Origin: Hemiscyllium ocellatum | Lineage: Eukaryota | DNA length: 64,000 nucleotides | Direction: 5' to 3' | NCBI RefSeq assembly: GCF_020745735.1 | Contig: NC_083426.1 | Span: 3,038,001-3,102,000 of the forward strand | Shown: piece by piece, positions 37,890 through 52,181 of the stretch | Layout of the letters: every line of letters starts with the position of its first letter | How positions within the stretch are numbered: the stretch's first letter is position 1 | Position numbers and translations under genes: made by a program | Notes under the pieces: model-generated | What the model was told of the DNA's origin: nothing | The model's database searches: none | Seen by the model: the letters and a program-made list of their open reading frames with translations, nothing else

Positions 37890-40800
37890 CATAGAACATA
37901 GAAAAGTACAGCACAGAACAGGCCCTTTGGCCCACGATGTTGTGCCAAGGTTTAATCCTAATGTAAAATAAAATAACTTAACCTACGCACCCCTCAACTC
38001 ACTGCTATCCATGTGCATGTCCAGCAGTCGCTTAAATGTTCCTAATGACTCTGCTTCCACCACCACCACCGCTGGCAACGCATTCCATACATTCTTAACT
38101 CTCTGCATAAAGAATCTTCCTCTGACATCTCCTCTATACCTTTCTCCTAATATCTTAAAACTATGACCCCTCATACCAGTCAATCCTGCTCTGGGGAAAA
38201 GTCTCTGGCTATGGACTCTATCCATGCCTCTCACTTCCTTGTATACCTTGATCAGGTCACCTCTCTTCCTCCTCTCCAGAGAGAAAAGTCCGAGCTTAGT
38301 CAATCTCTCTTCAAAAGGCAATCCCTACAGTCCAGGCAGCATCCTGGTAAATCTTCTTTGCACCCTCTCCAAAGCCTCTGTATCTTTCCTATAGTAGGGC
38401 GACCAGAACTGGACAAAATATTCCAAGTGTGGTCTCACCAGGGACTTGTAGACCTGTAGCAAAACCTCACGGCTCTTATACTCGATCCCCGTGTTAATGA
38501 AAGCCAAAACACCATATGATTTCTTAACAACCCTATCCACTTGGGTGGCAACTTTGAGGGATTTATGTACTTGAACACAAGATCCCTCTGTTCCTCCACA
38601 CTGCCAAGAATCCTGTCTTTAATCCTATATTCAGCGTTTGAGTTCGACCTTCCAAAGTGCATCACTTCACATTTATCCAGGATGAACTCTATCTGCCATT
38701 TCTCAGCCCAGGTCTGCATCCCGCCTATGTCGTGCTGCAGCCTGCAGTAGCCCTCTATACTATCGATACACCTCCAAACTTTGTGTCATCTGCAAATTTA
38801 CTAGCCCACCCCTCAACCTCCTCAGCCAAGTCATTTATAAAAACTACAAAGAGCAGAGGCCCAAGAATAGAGCCCTGCGGGACCCCACTCACCACTGACC
38901 TCCACACAGAATACTTTCCATCTACAACCACTCTCTGCCTTCTGTCAGCCAACCAATTCTGAATCCAGATTGCCAAATCTCCCTGTATCCCATACTCCCT
39001 GACTTTATGAATGAGCCTACCATGGGGAACCTTATCAAATGCCTTGCTGAAGTCCATATACACCACATCCACTGCTCCACCTTCGTCGACCTGTCTTGTC
39101 ACCTCCTCAAAGAACTCAATAAGATGTGTGAGGCATGACCTGTCCCTCACAAAGCCATGCTGACTGCCTTTAATCATGCTATGCTTTTCCAAATAGTCAT
39201 AAGTCCTATCCCTCAGAATTCTTTCCAAAACTTTGCTGGCCACAGACTGGTCTGTAATTGCCAGGGATTTCCCTATTAACCTTCTTGAAAAGAGGAACAG
39301 CATTCACCTCCTTCCAATCCTCCGGTACGACTCCCGTGGAGAGTGAGGAAGCAAAGATCTTCACCAGTGGCTTAGCAATCTCCTTTCTCAAAGTTTGTGA
39401 GAAGATTTGTAGCTTGGGTGCTCGTTGTTGTGGTTCTGTTCGCCGAGCTGGGAATTTGTGTTGCGGACGTTTCGTCCCCTGTCTAGGTGTCATCCTCAGT
39501 GCTTGGGAGCCTCCTGTGAAGCGCTCCTGTTGTCAATTCCAGCTGTCCGCTGCAGTGGCCGGTATATTGGGTCCAGGTCAATGTGTTTGTTGATAGAATC
39601 TGTGGATGAGTGCCATGCCTCTAGGAATTCCCTGGCTGTTCTCTGTTTGGCTTGTCCTATAATAGTAGCGTTGTTGCTTGTCATCCGCGTGTGTGGCTAC
39701 TAAGGATTGCTGGTCCTTTCTTGCTTCCCGGAGCAGCCTAGGATAAATCTGGTCTGGCCCTGGAGACTTATCAATCTTAATGTTTTCCAAAATTTCTAGC
39801 ACATCAATGTCATCATTCTTGATCTGGTTAAGACTGTATCCCAGTCCCTCTAAGTTTTCATTTCCAACAAGTTCCCTTTCCTTGATGAAAACCGAAGCAA
39901 AAAACTCATTTAGGGCTTCCCCATTTGCTCAGATTCCACGCACAAGTTCCCTACGCTATCCCTGATCGGCCCTACCCTCTCCCTGATCATTCACTTATTC
40001 CTCATGTACGAGTAAAATGCCTTTGGGTTCTCCCTAATCCTTCTTGCCAAGCCTTTTTTGTGCCCCCCCCGGCTCTCCTCAGTCCAATTCTGAGCTTCTT
40101 TCTAGCAAGCCTGTAATCCTCTAAAGCTGTGCTAGATCCTTGCTTCCTCCACCTTACTTAAGCTGCCTTCTTCCTTTTGACGAGAAATTCCTCTGTTCTC
40201 ATCATCCAAGATTCCTGAATCTTACCCCTTCTTACCTGTCTCAGAGGAACAAATATGTGCATCACTCACACATAGTCTCCACATGTCTGCTGTGTCCTTT
40301 CTGTGGAACAATTGCTCCCAGTCTGCACTTCCCAACTCCCGTCTGATAGCGTCATAATTTCCTTTTCCCAATTAAATATCTTCCCTTGGTAACTGCTCCT
40401 TTTCCCTCTCCAAGGTTACGGTAAATATGAGGCAGTTGTGATCACTGTCACCAAACTGTTCTTCCACGGCAAGATCTGACACCTCTCCTGGCTCGTTGCC
40501 GAACATCAAATCCAAAATGGCCTCTCACCTCATCGGCCTGTAGACATATGAGTAAGGAACCCTCCTGAACACACCTGACAAAAGCGGCTCCATCCAAACC
40601 ATCTGCATTAAGGAGGTTCCAGTCGATATTGGGAAAGTTGAAGTCACTCATAACAACAACCCTGTTACTTCTGCATTTTTCCAAAATCTGCCGGCCTATG
40701 AGTTCTTCAATCTCTCTACTGCTATTAGGGGGTCTAGAAAACCCCCAAAGAGATGCCTGCTCCCTTACTGTTCCTAACTTCCACCCATACTGACTCAGTA

Positions 40801-41130
40801 GACAAACCTTCCTCAACAACCTTCGTTTCTGTAGCTGTGATGCACTCTCTGATTAGTAATGCTACACCCCCCCCCTCCTCTTTTTCCACCCTCACTGTTC
40901 TTTCTAAATGTTCTAAACCCTGCAACATTTAGCAACCATTCCTACCCCTGTCTCCGTTATGGGCACAACATCTTAGTTCCAAGTACTGATCCATGCTCTA
41001 AGTTTGTCAATGTTATTTCTGACACACCTTGCGTTAAAGCAGACACATTTTAACCGATCCCTTTGTTTCATAGTGTGAGAAACCTTCCTAACGAATTCAC
41101 TACATCCTGTCACTGCCCCAACTATAACTG
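37890..41130 (-). mobile_element. CR1 LINE, near-complete but frameshifted ORF2 (APE + RT)
   Basis: APE motif 'VVVMSDFNFPNIDW', RT motifs '[11 protein letters not shown]', 'PQGSILGP' and 'KFADDTK', and the 3' tail at 37890. Confidence 0.92.
39389..39713 (-). mobile_element. Penelope-like 3' fragment (family B) nested in CR1
   Basis: 'IIGQAKQRTAREFLEAWHS' peptide and direct repeat tcctttct at 39381-39388 and 39714-39721. Confidence 0.85.
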
Positions 41131-41149
41131 CCTCCCTCTCAGATATGTA

Positions 41150-43670
41150 GCTTGTGTAAGGTTTAGGAAACTGAAATCAGACAAAACCCTTGAAGAGTAT
41201 AAAGGAGTCAGAAAAGAACTTAGGAAGACTAAGGAGGGCTAAAATGGGCCATGAAATACCCATGGTGAGTAGGATTAATGAGAATTCCAAAGCATAATAT
41301 ACAAATATTAGGAGCAAGAGGATCGCTAGGGAAAGGGTAGGTCCTTGAAGGATAGAGGAAGTTATGTGTGGAGCCAGAGGACGTGGGCAAGGTCCTTAAT
41401 GAATACTTCACATTGACATTCACCAAGGGGAAGAACATGGATGATAGTACGATAAGGGAGGGGTATGTTGATATTCCAGGGCTTGTCAATATTAAGAGGG
41501 AGGAGGTGTTGGTGTCTTGAAAAACATTAAGATAGATACATTCTCAGGGCCTGATAGGATCTGTCCCAGGATATGGAGGGAGGTAAGGGAGGAGATTTCT
41601 GGGGCCTTGAGAGAGATCCTTGTAACCTTGGTGAGGTCCAAAAAGATTAGAGAACAGCCAAAGTTGTTCCCTTTGTTTAAGTAATTAAGGGCCAATGAGC
41701 CTTCCATCAGTACGAGAGAAATTATTAGAGAAGATTCTTAGGGACAGGATTTACTTGCATTTGGAACTAATGGCCAATTAGGGATAGTCAATGCTTTGTG
41801 CATGGCTGGTCTTGTCTTCCAAATTTCATTGAATCTTTGTGGAAGAGATGAAGATGATTGAAGAGGGTAAGGAAGTGAATGCAGTCTCCATGGACTTTAC
41901 TAAAGCATCTGACAAGGTCACTCACGATAGGCTGGTCCAGAAGATAAGGTCACATGGGACCCACAGTGACTTGGTAAATGGGATACAAAATTGGCTTGGG
42001 AAGACAAAGAGCAATCTGAAGTGGTGTTTTTCAGACTGGAGGTATGAGACTAGTGGTGTTCCACAAGGACCAATGCTGGGATCTCTGTTGTTTGTAATTT
42101 ATATAAATGATTCTGATGAAAATGTAGGTGATCTGATTAATAACTTTGCAGATGACATGAAAATTGATGGAGTTGTGGATAGTGACGAAGGCTGTCAAAG
42201 TAAAAAGCAGGACATAGATTAGCAGAAAGCTGAGTGGAGAAATGGCAGATTCAGTTTAATCCAAACAAGTGTGAACCGATGCATTTTGGGAGGTCAACAT
42301 AAATGGATGCAAGCATAAGACATACAGTTAGTAAGTTTGCAGATGACACCAAAATTGGAGGTGTAGTGGACAGTGAAGAGGGTTACCTCAGATTACAACA
42401 GGATCTGGACCAGATGGGCCAATGGGCTGAGAAGTGACAGATGGAGTTTAATTCAGATAAATGCGAGGTACTGCACTTTGGGAAAGCAAATCTTAGCAGG
42501 ACTTATACACTTAATGGTAAGGTCCTAGGGAGTGTTGCCTGAGCAAAGAGACCTTGGAGTGCAGGTTCACAGCTCCTTGAAAGTGGAGTCACAGGTAGAT
42601 AGGATAGTGAAGAAGGTGTTTGGTATGCCTTCCTTTCTTGGTCAGAGTATTGAGTACAGGAGTTGGGAGGTCATGTTGCGGCCACAAGACATTGGTTAGG
42701 CCACTGTTGGAATATTGCGTGCAATTCTGGTTTCCTTCCTATCGAAAAGATGTTGTGAAACTTGAAAGGGTTCAGAAAAGATTTACAAGGATGTTGCCAG
42801 GGTTGGAGGATCTGAGCTACAGGGAGAGGCTGAACAGGCAGGAGCTGTTTTCCCTGGAGCGTCGGAGGCTGAGGGGTGACCTTATAGAGGTTTACAAAAT
42901 TATGAGGGGCATAGATAGGATAAATAGACAAAGTCTTTACCCTGGGGTCAGGAAGTCCAGAACTAGAGGGCATATGTTTAGGGTGAGAGGGGAAAGATAT
43001 AAAAGAGACCTAAGGGGCAACTTTTTCACGCAGAGGGTGGTACGTGTATGGAATGAGCTGCCAGAGGATGTGGTGGAGGCTGGTACAATTGCAACATTTA
43101 AGAGGCATTTGGATGGGTATATGAATAGGAAGGGTTTGGAGGGATATGGGCCGGGTGCTGGCAGGTGGGACTAGATTGTGTTGGGATATCTGGTCGGCAT
43201 GGACGGGTTGGACCAAAGGGTCTGTTTCCATGCTGTACAGCTCTATGACTCTATAAATGGAAGAGAAAAGTATACAGTAAATGGCAGGACCTTGGAAGCA
43301 TTGATAGGCAGAGAGATCTTGAGACGTAAGTCCATAGCTCCCTGCAAATGACCACACAAGTGGATAGAGAGATAAAGAAGGCATATGGCATGTTTGCCTT
43401 CATTGGTCAGGGCCCTGACTATAAAAGTTAGCAAGTCATATTGCAGATGTATAAGACTTTAGTTAGGCCACATTTACAGTATTGTGTGCAGTTCTGGTCG
43501 CCATACTATGGGAAGGATGTGGAGGCGTTGGAGAGAGTGCAAAAGAGGTTTATCAGCATGTTGTCTGATTTGGAATATATTAGCTATAAGGAGAGGTTGG
43601 ACAAACTTGGATTGTTTCTGCGAGAGCATTGAAGGCTGAGGGACGACCTGGTCAATGTTTATAAAGTTGA
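41150..43670 (+). mobile_element. Older CR1 LINE with a younger CR1 (42308-43252) nested inside
   Basis: RT peptides on both sides of the nested copy. TSD ataaatgga at 42299-42307 and 43253-43261. Confidence 0.88.
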
Positions 43671-43699
43671 TGTAGACGTGCAGGTGTTGGACTGGGGTG

Positions 43700-45110
43700 G
43701 ACATGGTCAGAAGTCACATGACACTAAGTTATAGGCCAACAGGTTTATTTGAAATCACAAGCTTTCGAAGCACTGCTCCTTCATCAGGGGAAGTGGAAGA
43801 AAGCACATAGGCATTGAATTTATAGGCAGAGATCAGTGGGTGGAGAGATGAGATCAAAAGGTCGTATGGTATGAGTGGAGTGTCCATAGGCCAAATAAAA
43901 AGTCTCTACAGGTGATTGAGAGTGTCAGACAGTGTGAGTTAAGTGCCAACAACTGAATAGTAAGGGAAGTGTTAACCTGCAATCCAATTAATTGAGGCAG
44001 AGAGATAATATAAAAAGTTAAATTAAGGTGATGCTGAAGACAAACCAACTGGCTGGAATAACACGATAAGTCTAAGGGTCACATGCTGAGAGTTTAACAA
44101 AGTAACAAGTAATCCAAAACTGTACAAACTAGTTAAGGTAGAGAGATCATAACAAGTTATCAGGGTGTGTCAAAACAGGACAGTAACAAAGGTTTTACAC
44201 AGAACAGTGTGGTGGGGTTACATGTAATGCGACATGAATCCAATATCACAGTTGAGGTTATCTTCATGGATAGGGAACTTGGCTGTCAGTTACTACTTGA
44301 CAATTCTGCATTGTTTTGTGTCTCAAAGGCCACCTCGGAGGACGCTTACCCAAAGATCGGAGGCTGAATGTCCTTAACCACTGAAATGTTCCCTGATTGG
44401 GAGGGAACATTCCTGTCTGACGATTGTTGCATGGTGTCCATTCATCCGTTGTCCTAGCGTCTGCATGGCCTTACTAATGTACCATACCTTGTGGCATCCT
44501 TACGTGCAACATACGAGATAGACGATATTGACGGAGTTACATGTGTATCTGCCGTGTACGTGGGGGATGGTGTGCCCACATGTAATGGTAGTGTCCATGT
44601 CAATGATCTGGCATGTCTTGCAGAGGTTGCCATGCCAGGGTTGTGTGGTATTGTGATTGATGTTGTCCTGAACATCAGGAACGATGGTCTGTTTGAGGTT
44701 TGGCGGTTGTTTGAAAATGAGAAGTGGAGGTGTAAGGTGAAATGTTTGTCATCATCGATGACATGTTGAAGGCTGCGGAGAACATGGAGTAGTTTCTCTG
44801 TTCTGGGGAAGTACTGGATGATGATGTGTACTCTGTCAGTCATGTCCCATGTCTGTCTTCTAAGGAGATTGTTGTGGTTTTTCGCTATGGCACATCGGAA
44901 CTGGCGATCAGTGAGTTGAGCATCATATCCTGTTTTTATAAGGGTGTCCTTTAGCACCTCAGATGTCCATCGCGTTCCTCCTCGTCTGAACTGATCCTGT
45001 GTATGCACAGGGCTTGTCTGTAGGTGATGGTTGGTTTAACATGTTCAGACTGGAAGCTGGAGAAGTGCAGCATCGTGAGGTAATCCATAGGCTTGTGCTG
45101 GAATTAGGTA
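43700..45110 (-). mobile_element. Penelope-like element (family C), degenerate
   Basis: ORF remnant 44454-45008 and a 3' terminus with a hammerhead at 43756-43790. Confidence 0.75.
43756..43790 (-). ncRNA. Minimal hammerhead motif (family C, AGCT palindrome)
   Basis: CTGATGA-A-GGAGC agt GCTTC-GAAAGCTT-GTG. A degenerate copy is at about 53915-53947 (+). Confidence 0.65.
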
Positions 45111-46989
45111 CTGAGGTGTCTGACCTATACAAAATTATGAGAAGCATGAATAAGGTGGATAGTTGGAGTCTTTTTCCCCAAGGTGGATATGTCAAACATT
45201 AGGGGGCATAGGTTTAAGGTGAGCGGGGGTGGGGGGGGAGGGGAATTTAAAGGAGATGTGGAGGCAAGTTTTTTACACACAGGGTGGTATGTGCCTGGAA
45301 TGTGCTGCCAGGGAAGGAGGTAGGAGCAGATACGTGAGCAATGTTTAAGAGACATTTAGACAGACACATGGACAGGCAGAGAATAGAAATTATTTCTCTG
45401 TTTCTGTCTTATAAATCATTTGATGTATCTTAACTTCCATTAACATTTTTTGTGTGTAAGGCAAATGCAGTTTTTAAAAATAAGTTCATGGGATGTAGGC
45501 CTTGCCAGCTAGATCAGCATTTATTTCCTATCCCTAATTGCCCAGAGGGCAGTTTAGAGTCACCCCCATTGCTGTGGGTCTGAAGTCACATGTAGGCCAG
45601 ACCAGGTAAGGATGACAGTTTCCTTCCTTAAAGGACATTAGTCAACAAGATAGATCCTTATGACAATCTTCAGTTACCATATGGTTTCTGTTAGCCCAGC
45701 ATTTTTAAAAATTAATTTCATCATCTGCCACAGTGGAATTCAAATCCATGGCTCCAGAACATGGGAAGGTGTTGGCTTAGTGATATTATTGTTAGACTAT
45801 TAATCCAGAGACCCTGATGGTGTTCTGGGTACCCGGGTTCCAACCTGACTTTAATAACGACTTGGAAATAAGAGTCCAATGACGACCATAAAATCATTGC
45901 CGATTGCTTGGAAAAACCCATCTAGTTCACAAATGCCATCCTTACCTGGTCTGGCCTACGTGTGAGTCCAGACCCACAGCAATGTGGTTGACTCTTACCT
46001 ACCAGTTGGGCAATTAGGGATGGATCATAAATACTGGCCAAGCCAGCAATGACCACATTCTGTGAATGAATTAAAATAAACGTAAGCCTGAAGTCCTGGA
46101 TTACTAGCCCAGTGACATTACCATTAGCCGTCCAATTTCTCACTATTATACTTTGGAGAATGGCTGCTGTGTCTGCAGGAGGGACCAGAATACTTTTCTT
46201 TTTCTCTTTACTAGCCATATTAGAAACAGCGTCCCTGAGGTTAACTGAGCAGTGATGTGTGATGAGTGCCTGTGAGAGTTTCTGGAATAGCAAACTCCCT
46301 CTGTTGGCCCCAATTGAACCATGAATCCTTCATTTTATTATTAATGTAGTGTGCCACAATTTATAAATTGTTCGCTAGATCCATAAATTTCTACAAGTGC
46401 TTTTCATGAAGATAGTCAGCTCTGTTACTGCAGTGTTATCACTTGACTGATGAGATTTACATGTTAAGAAGGCTGGTACTTAGTAATCTAGAGAATCCAT
46501 TGTTTACTCATTCTAGTTTATTATGGAAAATGCTATAAATTTCTGTAAATTATAGAACTAATGTTACTTTCTGCAGAACAAAATGTCTTTGCTTTGTTTT
46601 GACCAACTGAGGCAGTCACACTGGGTTCTAGGTCGTTAATTGTGGGTGAAATTTACAGGCTTTCAAAAGATTCCAGTTGTGGGCCCCCTTTTTCCAGTCA
46701 TGTGTCTGCTGCTCTTGTGTTTCTAGATGGTAGTGGTCTTGGGTTCCCCATAAGCTCTATTCAAGATTCCACACACAGCTGGCACATGGTGGGGAAAAAA
46801 AAGCAGTGTTTGAACTGAATCTGCTATTTTATTTAAAATTATTGAAGTCAATCAACTAGGTCAATCTAAAGAAGCTCACATCTCGTTTTAATTGACATTT
46901 GTCTGATAAGTTGCACATATTGAACTTCAAAGGGTGCCTTCAACTATCAGCTGAGACTGACAATGAATTCAGATTCGGGAAGGACCTTT

Positions 46990-47665
46990 TTCTTTGCAGC
47001 GTAGGAGTCTGAGGGGGGACATTATAGAAGTGTTTAAGATCATGAGAGGCATGGATAGGGTGAATGCACTCAGGCATTTTCCCAGGGTTGGGGAATTGAG
47101 GATTAGAGGACATCAGTTTAAGGTTAGAGGGGATAGAATAAAAGGGAATCTGAGGGACAACTTTTTTACACAGAGGGTGGTACGCATATGGAATGAGCTG
47201 ACATGCGGAAGTGGTTGAGGCAGGTACTTTAACAACATTTAAAAGGCAGTTGGACAAATACATGGATAGGAAAGGATTAGAAGAACATGAGCCAAGTGCA
47301 GGGAAATGAAGTTAACATGGATGGGCATTTTGGTCAGCATGGACCAGTTTGGGCCAAAGGGCCTATCTCTGTTCTGTAGCACTCTACTTAGCTCAACTAG
47401 TCCACACTGACCCTCCGAAGAGCAACCCACCCAGACCCATTCCCCCTAACTAATGCACCTAACTCTACAGGCAATTTAGCATGACCAATTCACCTAACCT
47501 GCACATCTTTGGATTGTGGGAGGAAACTGGAGTACCCAGAGGGAACCCACGCAGACACTGGGAGAATGTGCAAACTCCTCATAAACAGTGGCCCAAGGCT
47601 GGAATCGAACTCGGGTCCCTGGCACTGTGAGGCAGCAGTGCTAACCACTGAGCCATCGTGTCACC
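46990..47665. mobile_element. CR1 3' end (+, 46990-47385) abutting an HE1 SINE (-, 47395-47665)
   Basis: Peptide 'LRGDIIEVFKIMRG' and the SINE body. Confidence 0.8.
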
Positions 47666-48780
47666 CTATGACTCTATTACTTCTGGTTTCAGCAGTCATT
47701 GCTGTGCACAGATCTTGGAGATCCATGCACCAAAAACAAATAAAGGGAGCATTGTTTGGATGTTACTATCTCAGGAACTGTGGTGAATTTCTGCAGTGCA
47801 TCTTCTAGGTGGTACACACTGCTGCTACTGAGCATCAATGGTAGAGGGAGTGAACGCTTGTAAATGTGGTGTCAATTTCAATCAAATGGGCTGCTTTGCC
47901 TTGGATGATGTTGAGCTTCTTGAGTGCTGTTGGAGCTGCACCATCTAAGGACTATTCCATGACACTGCTAACTTGTGTCTTGTTAATTATTGTCAGACTT
48001 CTGGGAGTTAGGAGGTGAGTTACCCACTGCAATATTCCTAGCCTCTGACCTACTGTGGTAGCCACAGTACTTATGTGACCTGTCCAGTTCAGTTCTTGGT
48101 CAATGGTAACCCCTCAGGATGTTGAAAATAGGGGATTCAGTGATGGTAATGCCATTACTTACTACTTTGATTGAAGTTTTGATCTCATTTTCTTTTGTCG
48201 CTCCATGCAAAGTTTGTTTGATGATACTCTTGTGAAGACCTTTGGGATGCTTTGCTAAGTTGAAGGCACTATAAATGTGAATTGCTTTTGCTGCTTACCA
48301 ACCTTACCAAGTTGTCCCTGTGGATTCCAACTCGTCTCTCTGGTGAATAAGCACATAGGAAACATTGCTGAAACATTCGTGTTGCTGGTCATTAACACAC
48401 TCCTTTTCTGAGATGTATTCTTTTATAGTTTTCAGGATATTGAGGAGATGTTGCAACAAAGTGCTGCTGTGCGAGATGGCAGCAGTCAGCTGACAAGTAA
48501 GAGAATCAAGGATTCTGAGAAAAAGGCAGGAAAGTGGACTTGAGGATTATCACATCAGACATGGTTTCATCACATGGCAAGGCAGGCTTGATGGGCTGAA
48601 TGGCCTACTTCTGCTTTTATGTCTTATTGGATTATTAACTCCCAATGCTAGTTAAATGAATGGCGATGGGCAGAGTGGGACCCTCTGAGTCCCCCCGCCC
48701 CCTTCTGAATGTAGTAGGTAAACTTTCCGGCAGGTCTCAGAGAAGGGAAAGTGGAACCCTTGCTAAGAGGTTGAGTAACA

Positions 48781-49332
48781 GATTAGATTAGATTAGAATA
48801 GATTAGATTACTTATAGTGTGGAAACAGGCCCTTCGGCCCAACAAGTCCACACTGACCCGCCAAAGTGCAACCCACCCATTCCCCTACATTTATCCCTTT
48901 ACCTAACACTATGGGCAATTTAGCATGGCCAATTCACCTGGCCCGCACACCTTTGGACCGTGGGAGGAAACCGGAGCACCCGGAGGAAACCCACGCAGAC
49001 ACGGGGAGAATGTGCAAACTCCACACAGTCGCCTGAGTCAGGAATTGAACCTGGGTCTCCAGCGCTGTGAGGCAGCAGTGCTAACCACTGTGCCACCCGT
49101 TATAAAAAAAAGAGTAACTCATCCAGACCCAGTTCCCTCTGACTAGTGCACCAAACACTATGCACAATTTAGCATGGCCAATTCACCTAACCTGCACACC
49201 TTTGGACTGTGGGAGGAAACCCACACAGATACAGGGAGAATGCACAAACTCCACACAGTCGCCTGAGGGTGGAATTGAACCCAGGTCCCTGGGGCTGTGA
49301 GACAGCAGTGCCCACTGAGCCACCATACCACC
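48781..49332 (-). mobile_element. Two tandem HE1-type SINEs (48781-49100, 49120-49332)
   Basis: Two HE1 bodies and an (AGATT)n tail. Confidence 0.85.
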
Positions 49333-49499
49333 GGTCAGAGGAGCCCTTAATAATTAGAGAGGGAGGTAGTAAGGGATCTCTCTCTCTCTTGTTATTAAGG
49401 ACTCCTCTAACTGGTGAGTTCTATTACTCAGATATTTCTATTTGTTCATCCCCTCCTCCCTTCATCATGTGCTGTCTCTGTGCATGTTTAAAAACCTAT

Positions 49500-49850
49500 T
49501 ACATCTCCCAAAATAATTCCAGCGTTGAAGAATTCATGAATGGTGCTGAATATTGTGCAATCATTAACAAACATTTGAACTTCTGACCTTAAGATGGAGT
49601 GAAAGTCTTTGATGGAGCAGCTGAAGATGGTTGGGCCTAGGACACTACTCTGAGGAACCTCTGCAGAGCTGTCCTGGAGCTGAGGTGACTGACCTCCAAC
49701 AACCACAACCATCTGACGATGTACCAGGTATGACAGCAACCAACAGAGAGCTTGCCCCCCGATTCCCATTGACTTCAATTTTGCCAGGGCTCCTTGATGC
49801 CACATTTGGTCAGACGTAGCCTTGATGTCAAGGTCAGTGACCCACATCTG
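49500..49850 (-). mobile_element. L2/CR1-group LINE RT fragment
   Basis: 'VPQSSVLGPTIF...MFVNDCTIF' in ORF 49488-49880. Confidence 0.75.
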
Positions 49851-52143
49851 ATCTTTGGAATGTCTTTCTTTAAATTTCACAGCAGTAAAGCAGATAGTGG
49901 GGAAATTATGGACAGTATAATGGCAGTTTTTAAAATGTTGTTTTTAAGTGTACATATTAATTTTACAAGCAAAATTTATTACTCTTAATGTTTGAAAAAC
50001 TTTATTACACTAATGAGGAAAGTGCATTTGTATAGCATCTTTCATATATTCACGACATCCCAAAGCATTTTGCAGCCAATTAAAGTGTTTATTTTTTTTT
50101 AAGTGTAGTCACTATTGTCATGTAGAAATGCAGCAACCAATTTGCACACAGCAAGATCCCACAAACAGCCATAGGAAAATATCTAGATCACTTTTTTTTG
50201 TGATATGGGTTGAGGGATTAGCATTGAACAGAACACCAGAAAGAACTCCCCTGTTTTTATTCAGGATAGAGCCCTGAGATTGTTTATATCTAACTGAGAG
50301 AGAAGACTCTGACTCGAGTCCTTATCAAACCCAAACGGTTGCTCGTCTGATGTTGTATCTCTCCCTCAGTACTGCACTAAGGGTGTCATCTTAAATCAGT
50401 GTCATCTCAAACTCAAACCTTCAAATCAGACCTTGAAGCCACAGCTATTACAATTTAGGGCCATGCTTGGGGTTATGTATTTAAAACAAAATCACTTAAT
50501 GGGTTTTTTTATTGACCAGGCTGAGATGATGATAGATGTTTAGCTAACATTAGAGACACGGAGAACATCATACCACGTTGATCAAAGGATAATAGCATTT
50601 GGATAATTTTTATCTTTCAACTAATGTAAGTTAACAATGTGAGTTAATAGTGCCTAGATGGCAAAATTTCCTCATACTGTCAGCAAATAATTCATGCTAA
50701 AACCAATCACTTTGTAATGACTCAGTGTTGGTATAATGAGAATATCTTTAATTAAAAATATTACGACACGTTGGGATGTAGAGGAATCTGTCCGGCAAAT
50801 CAGGTCATCCATTTATCTTTAATTTCAGACTAATTGAAAACCATGAAAACAGTGACTGAAATAAGGTCATGAAAATTACAAAAGAGAGGTCTCTTAAGTA
50901 GATAAATTTTATTAGTAACAGTACAAGTTGGAAAAGCTGGGATTGTTCCCTTTAGAGCAGAGAAAGTTGAGGCAGATTAATAGAAGTGTTCTAAATTCCT
51001 AAAGGGAGTAGGCAGAGGGAAACTTTCTTCGTTGTCAGAAGAATCAGTAACAAAAGGAAGATACTTGGCAAAAGGACCAGAGGAGAGTTTTGGTTTTAAA
51101 ATACAGGATGTTGCCTGACAGCACAGTGATGGAAAATTCAACACCACCCCTTCAAGGGAATTGGATGCATGATTAAAGGATATAAGATTTCCAAGTCAAT
51201 AGAGATTGGGCAGGGAAGTGGAATTAATTGAATAGGATTTTCAAAGAACTAACGCAGGTATATTGGACTGAATAGCCTCCTTCTGCAATTGAACTAGTTT
51301 ATCCAACTACAAGAGAGCAATCCCAACTTCCCCCTTGCAGCCCTTCATCATTCTCATTCCTCCTTTCTCTTTGCACTATATCTCCCAATTCCTTCCTCTC
51401 TACAACCAAGCAATTTACATTCACTGCTTCCTGCTAATTAGGCCTCGTCCTGAGGGCAAGAAAATTTCCCAACTACTCTACTCAGAGCCTTCTCATTTTT
51501 GAAATAGTGTCCACTGAGTGTTCAACCCTTCATCGCTCCCAGAAGCAATTTTCTATTTCTCAACGCAGTTACCAAGGGTTCTCAAGTCCTTATTTGACCT
51601 TGCAGGGTCTCACAGTGAATTCTGGTCCCATCAGCCCCTCTACTTTGCAAGAGTACTTCCTGGGTAATAATCAGGTGCTGGAACCTGGAACACTCCCCTC
51701 TCAAACGATTGAGTTCAATTATTAGTGTTATCCCAACTCACCCAGCACAGATTGGTGACCGAAGTTGGGATCCTTTGACATTGGTTCCTAACAAGGAATA
51801 CTGGAAAAGTCAGTGAGTACAAAATAAAAATATTGTCACCACTTTGCTGAGAAGATTGAATAGTACAATTCACCCAAACAGGTATCAGTCATAAATATAG
51901 ATTCAGAGATATGGCAGCATGCAGTTATACATTTTATAATTACTATCTAGAATTGAAAGCTGTGTGAATTTCAGGAGCAGATTTTTCATATTCATTCTTC
52001 AGAAGTTCCAAAGTAATTTTATGGTCAATAGGAAGTTTTCCTTAATAAAAATCAAAAGAATTGTGAATGTTGAAAATCAGAGACAAAAATAATAATTGCT
52101 GGAAAGCTCAGCAGGTCTGGCAGCATCTGTGGAGAGAAATCAG

Positions 52144-52181
52144 AGTTAAGGTTTCGGGTCAAGTGACCCTTCCTCAGAACT
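52144..52181 (-). ncRNA. Minimal hammerhead motif (family D)
   Basis: AGTT-CTGAGGA-A-GGGTC actt GACCC-GAAACCTT-AACT. The copy at 18384-18421(-) reads GGTT-CTGAGGA-A-GGGTT actc AACCT-GAAACGTT-AGCT. Confidence 0.65.
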
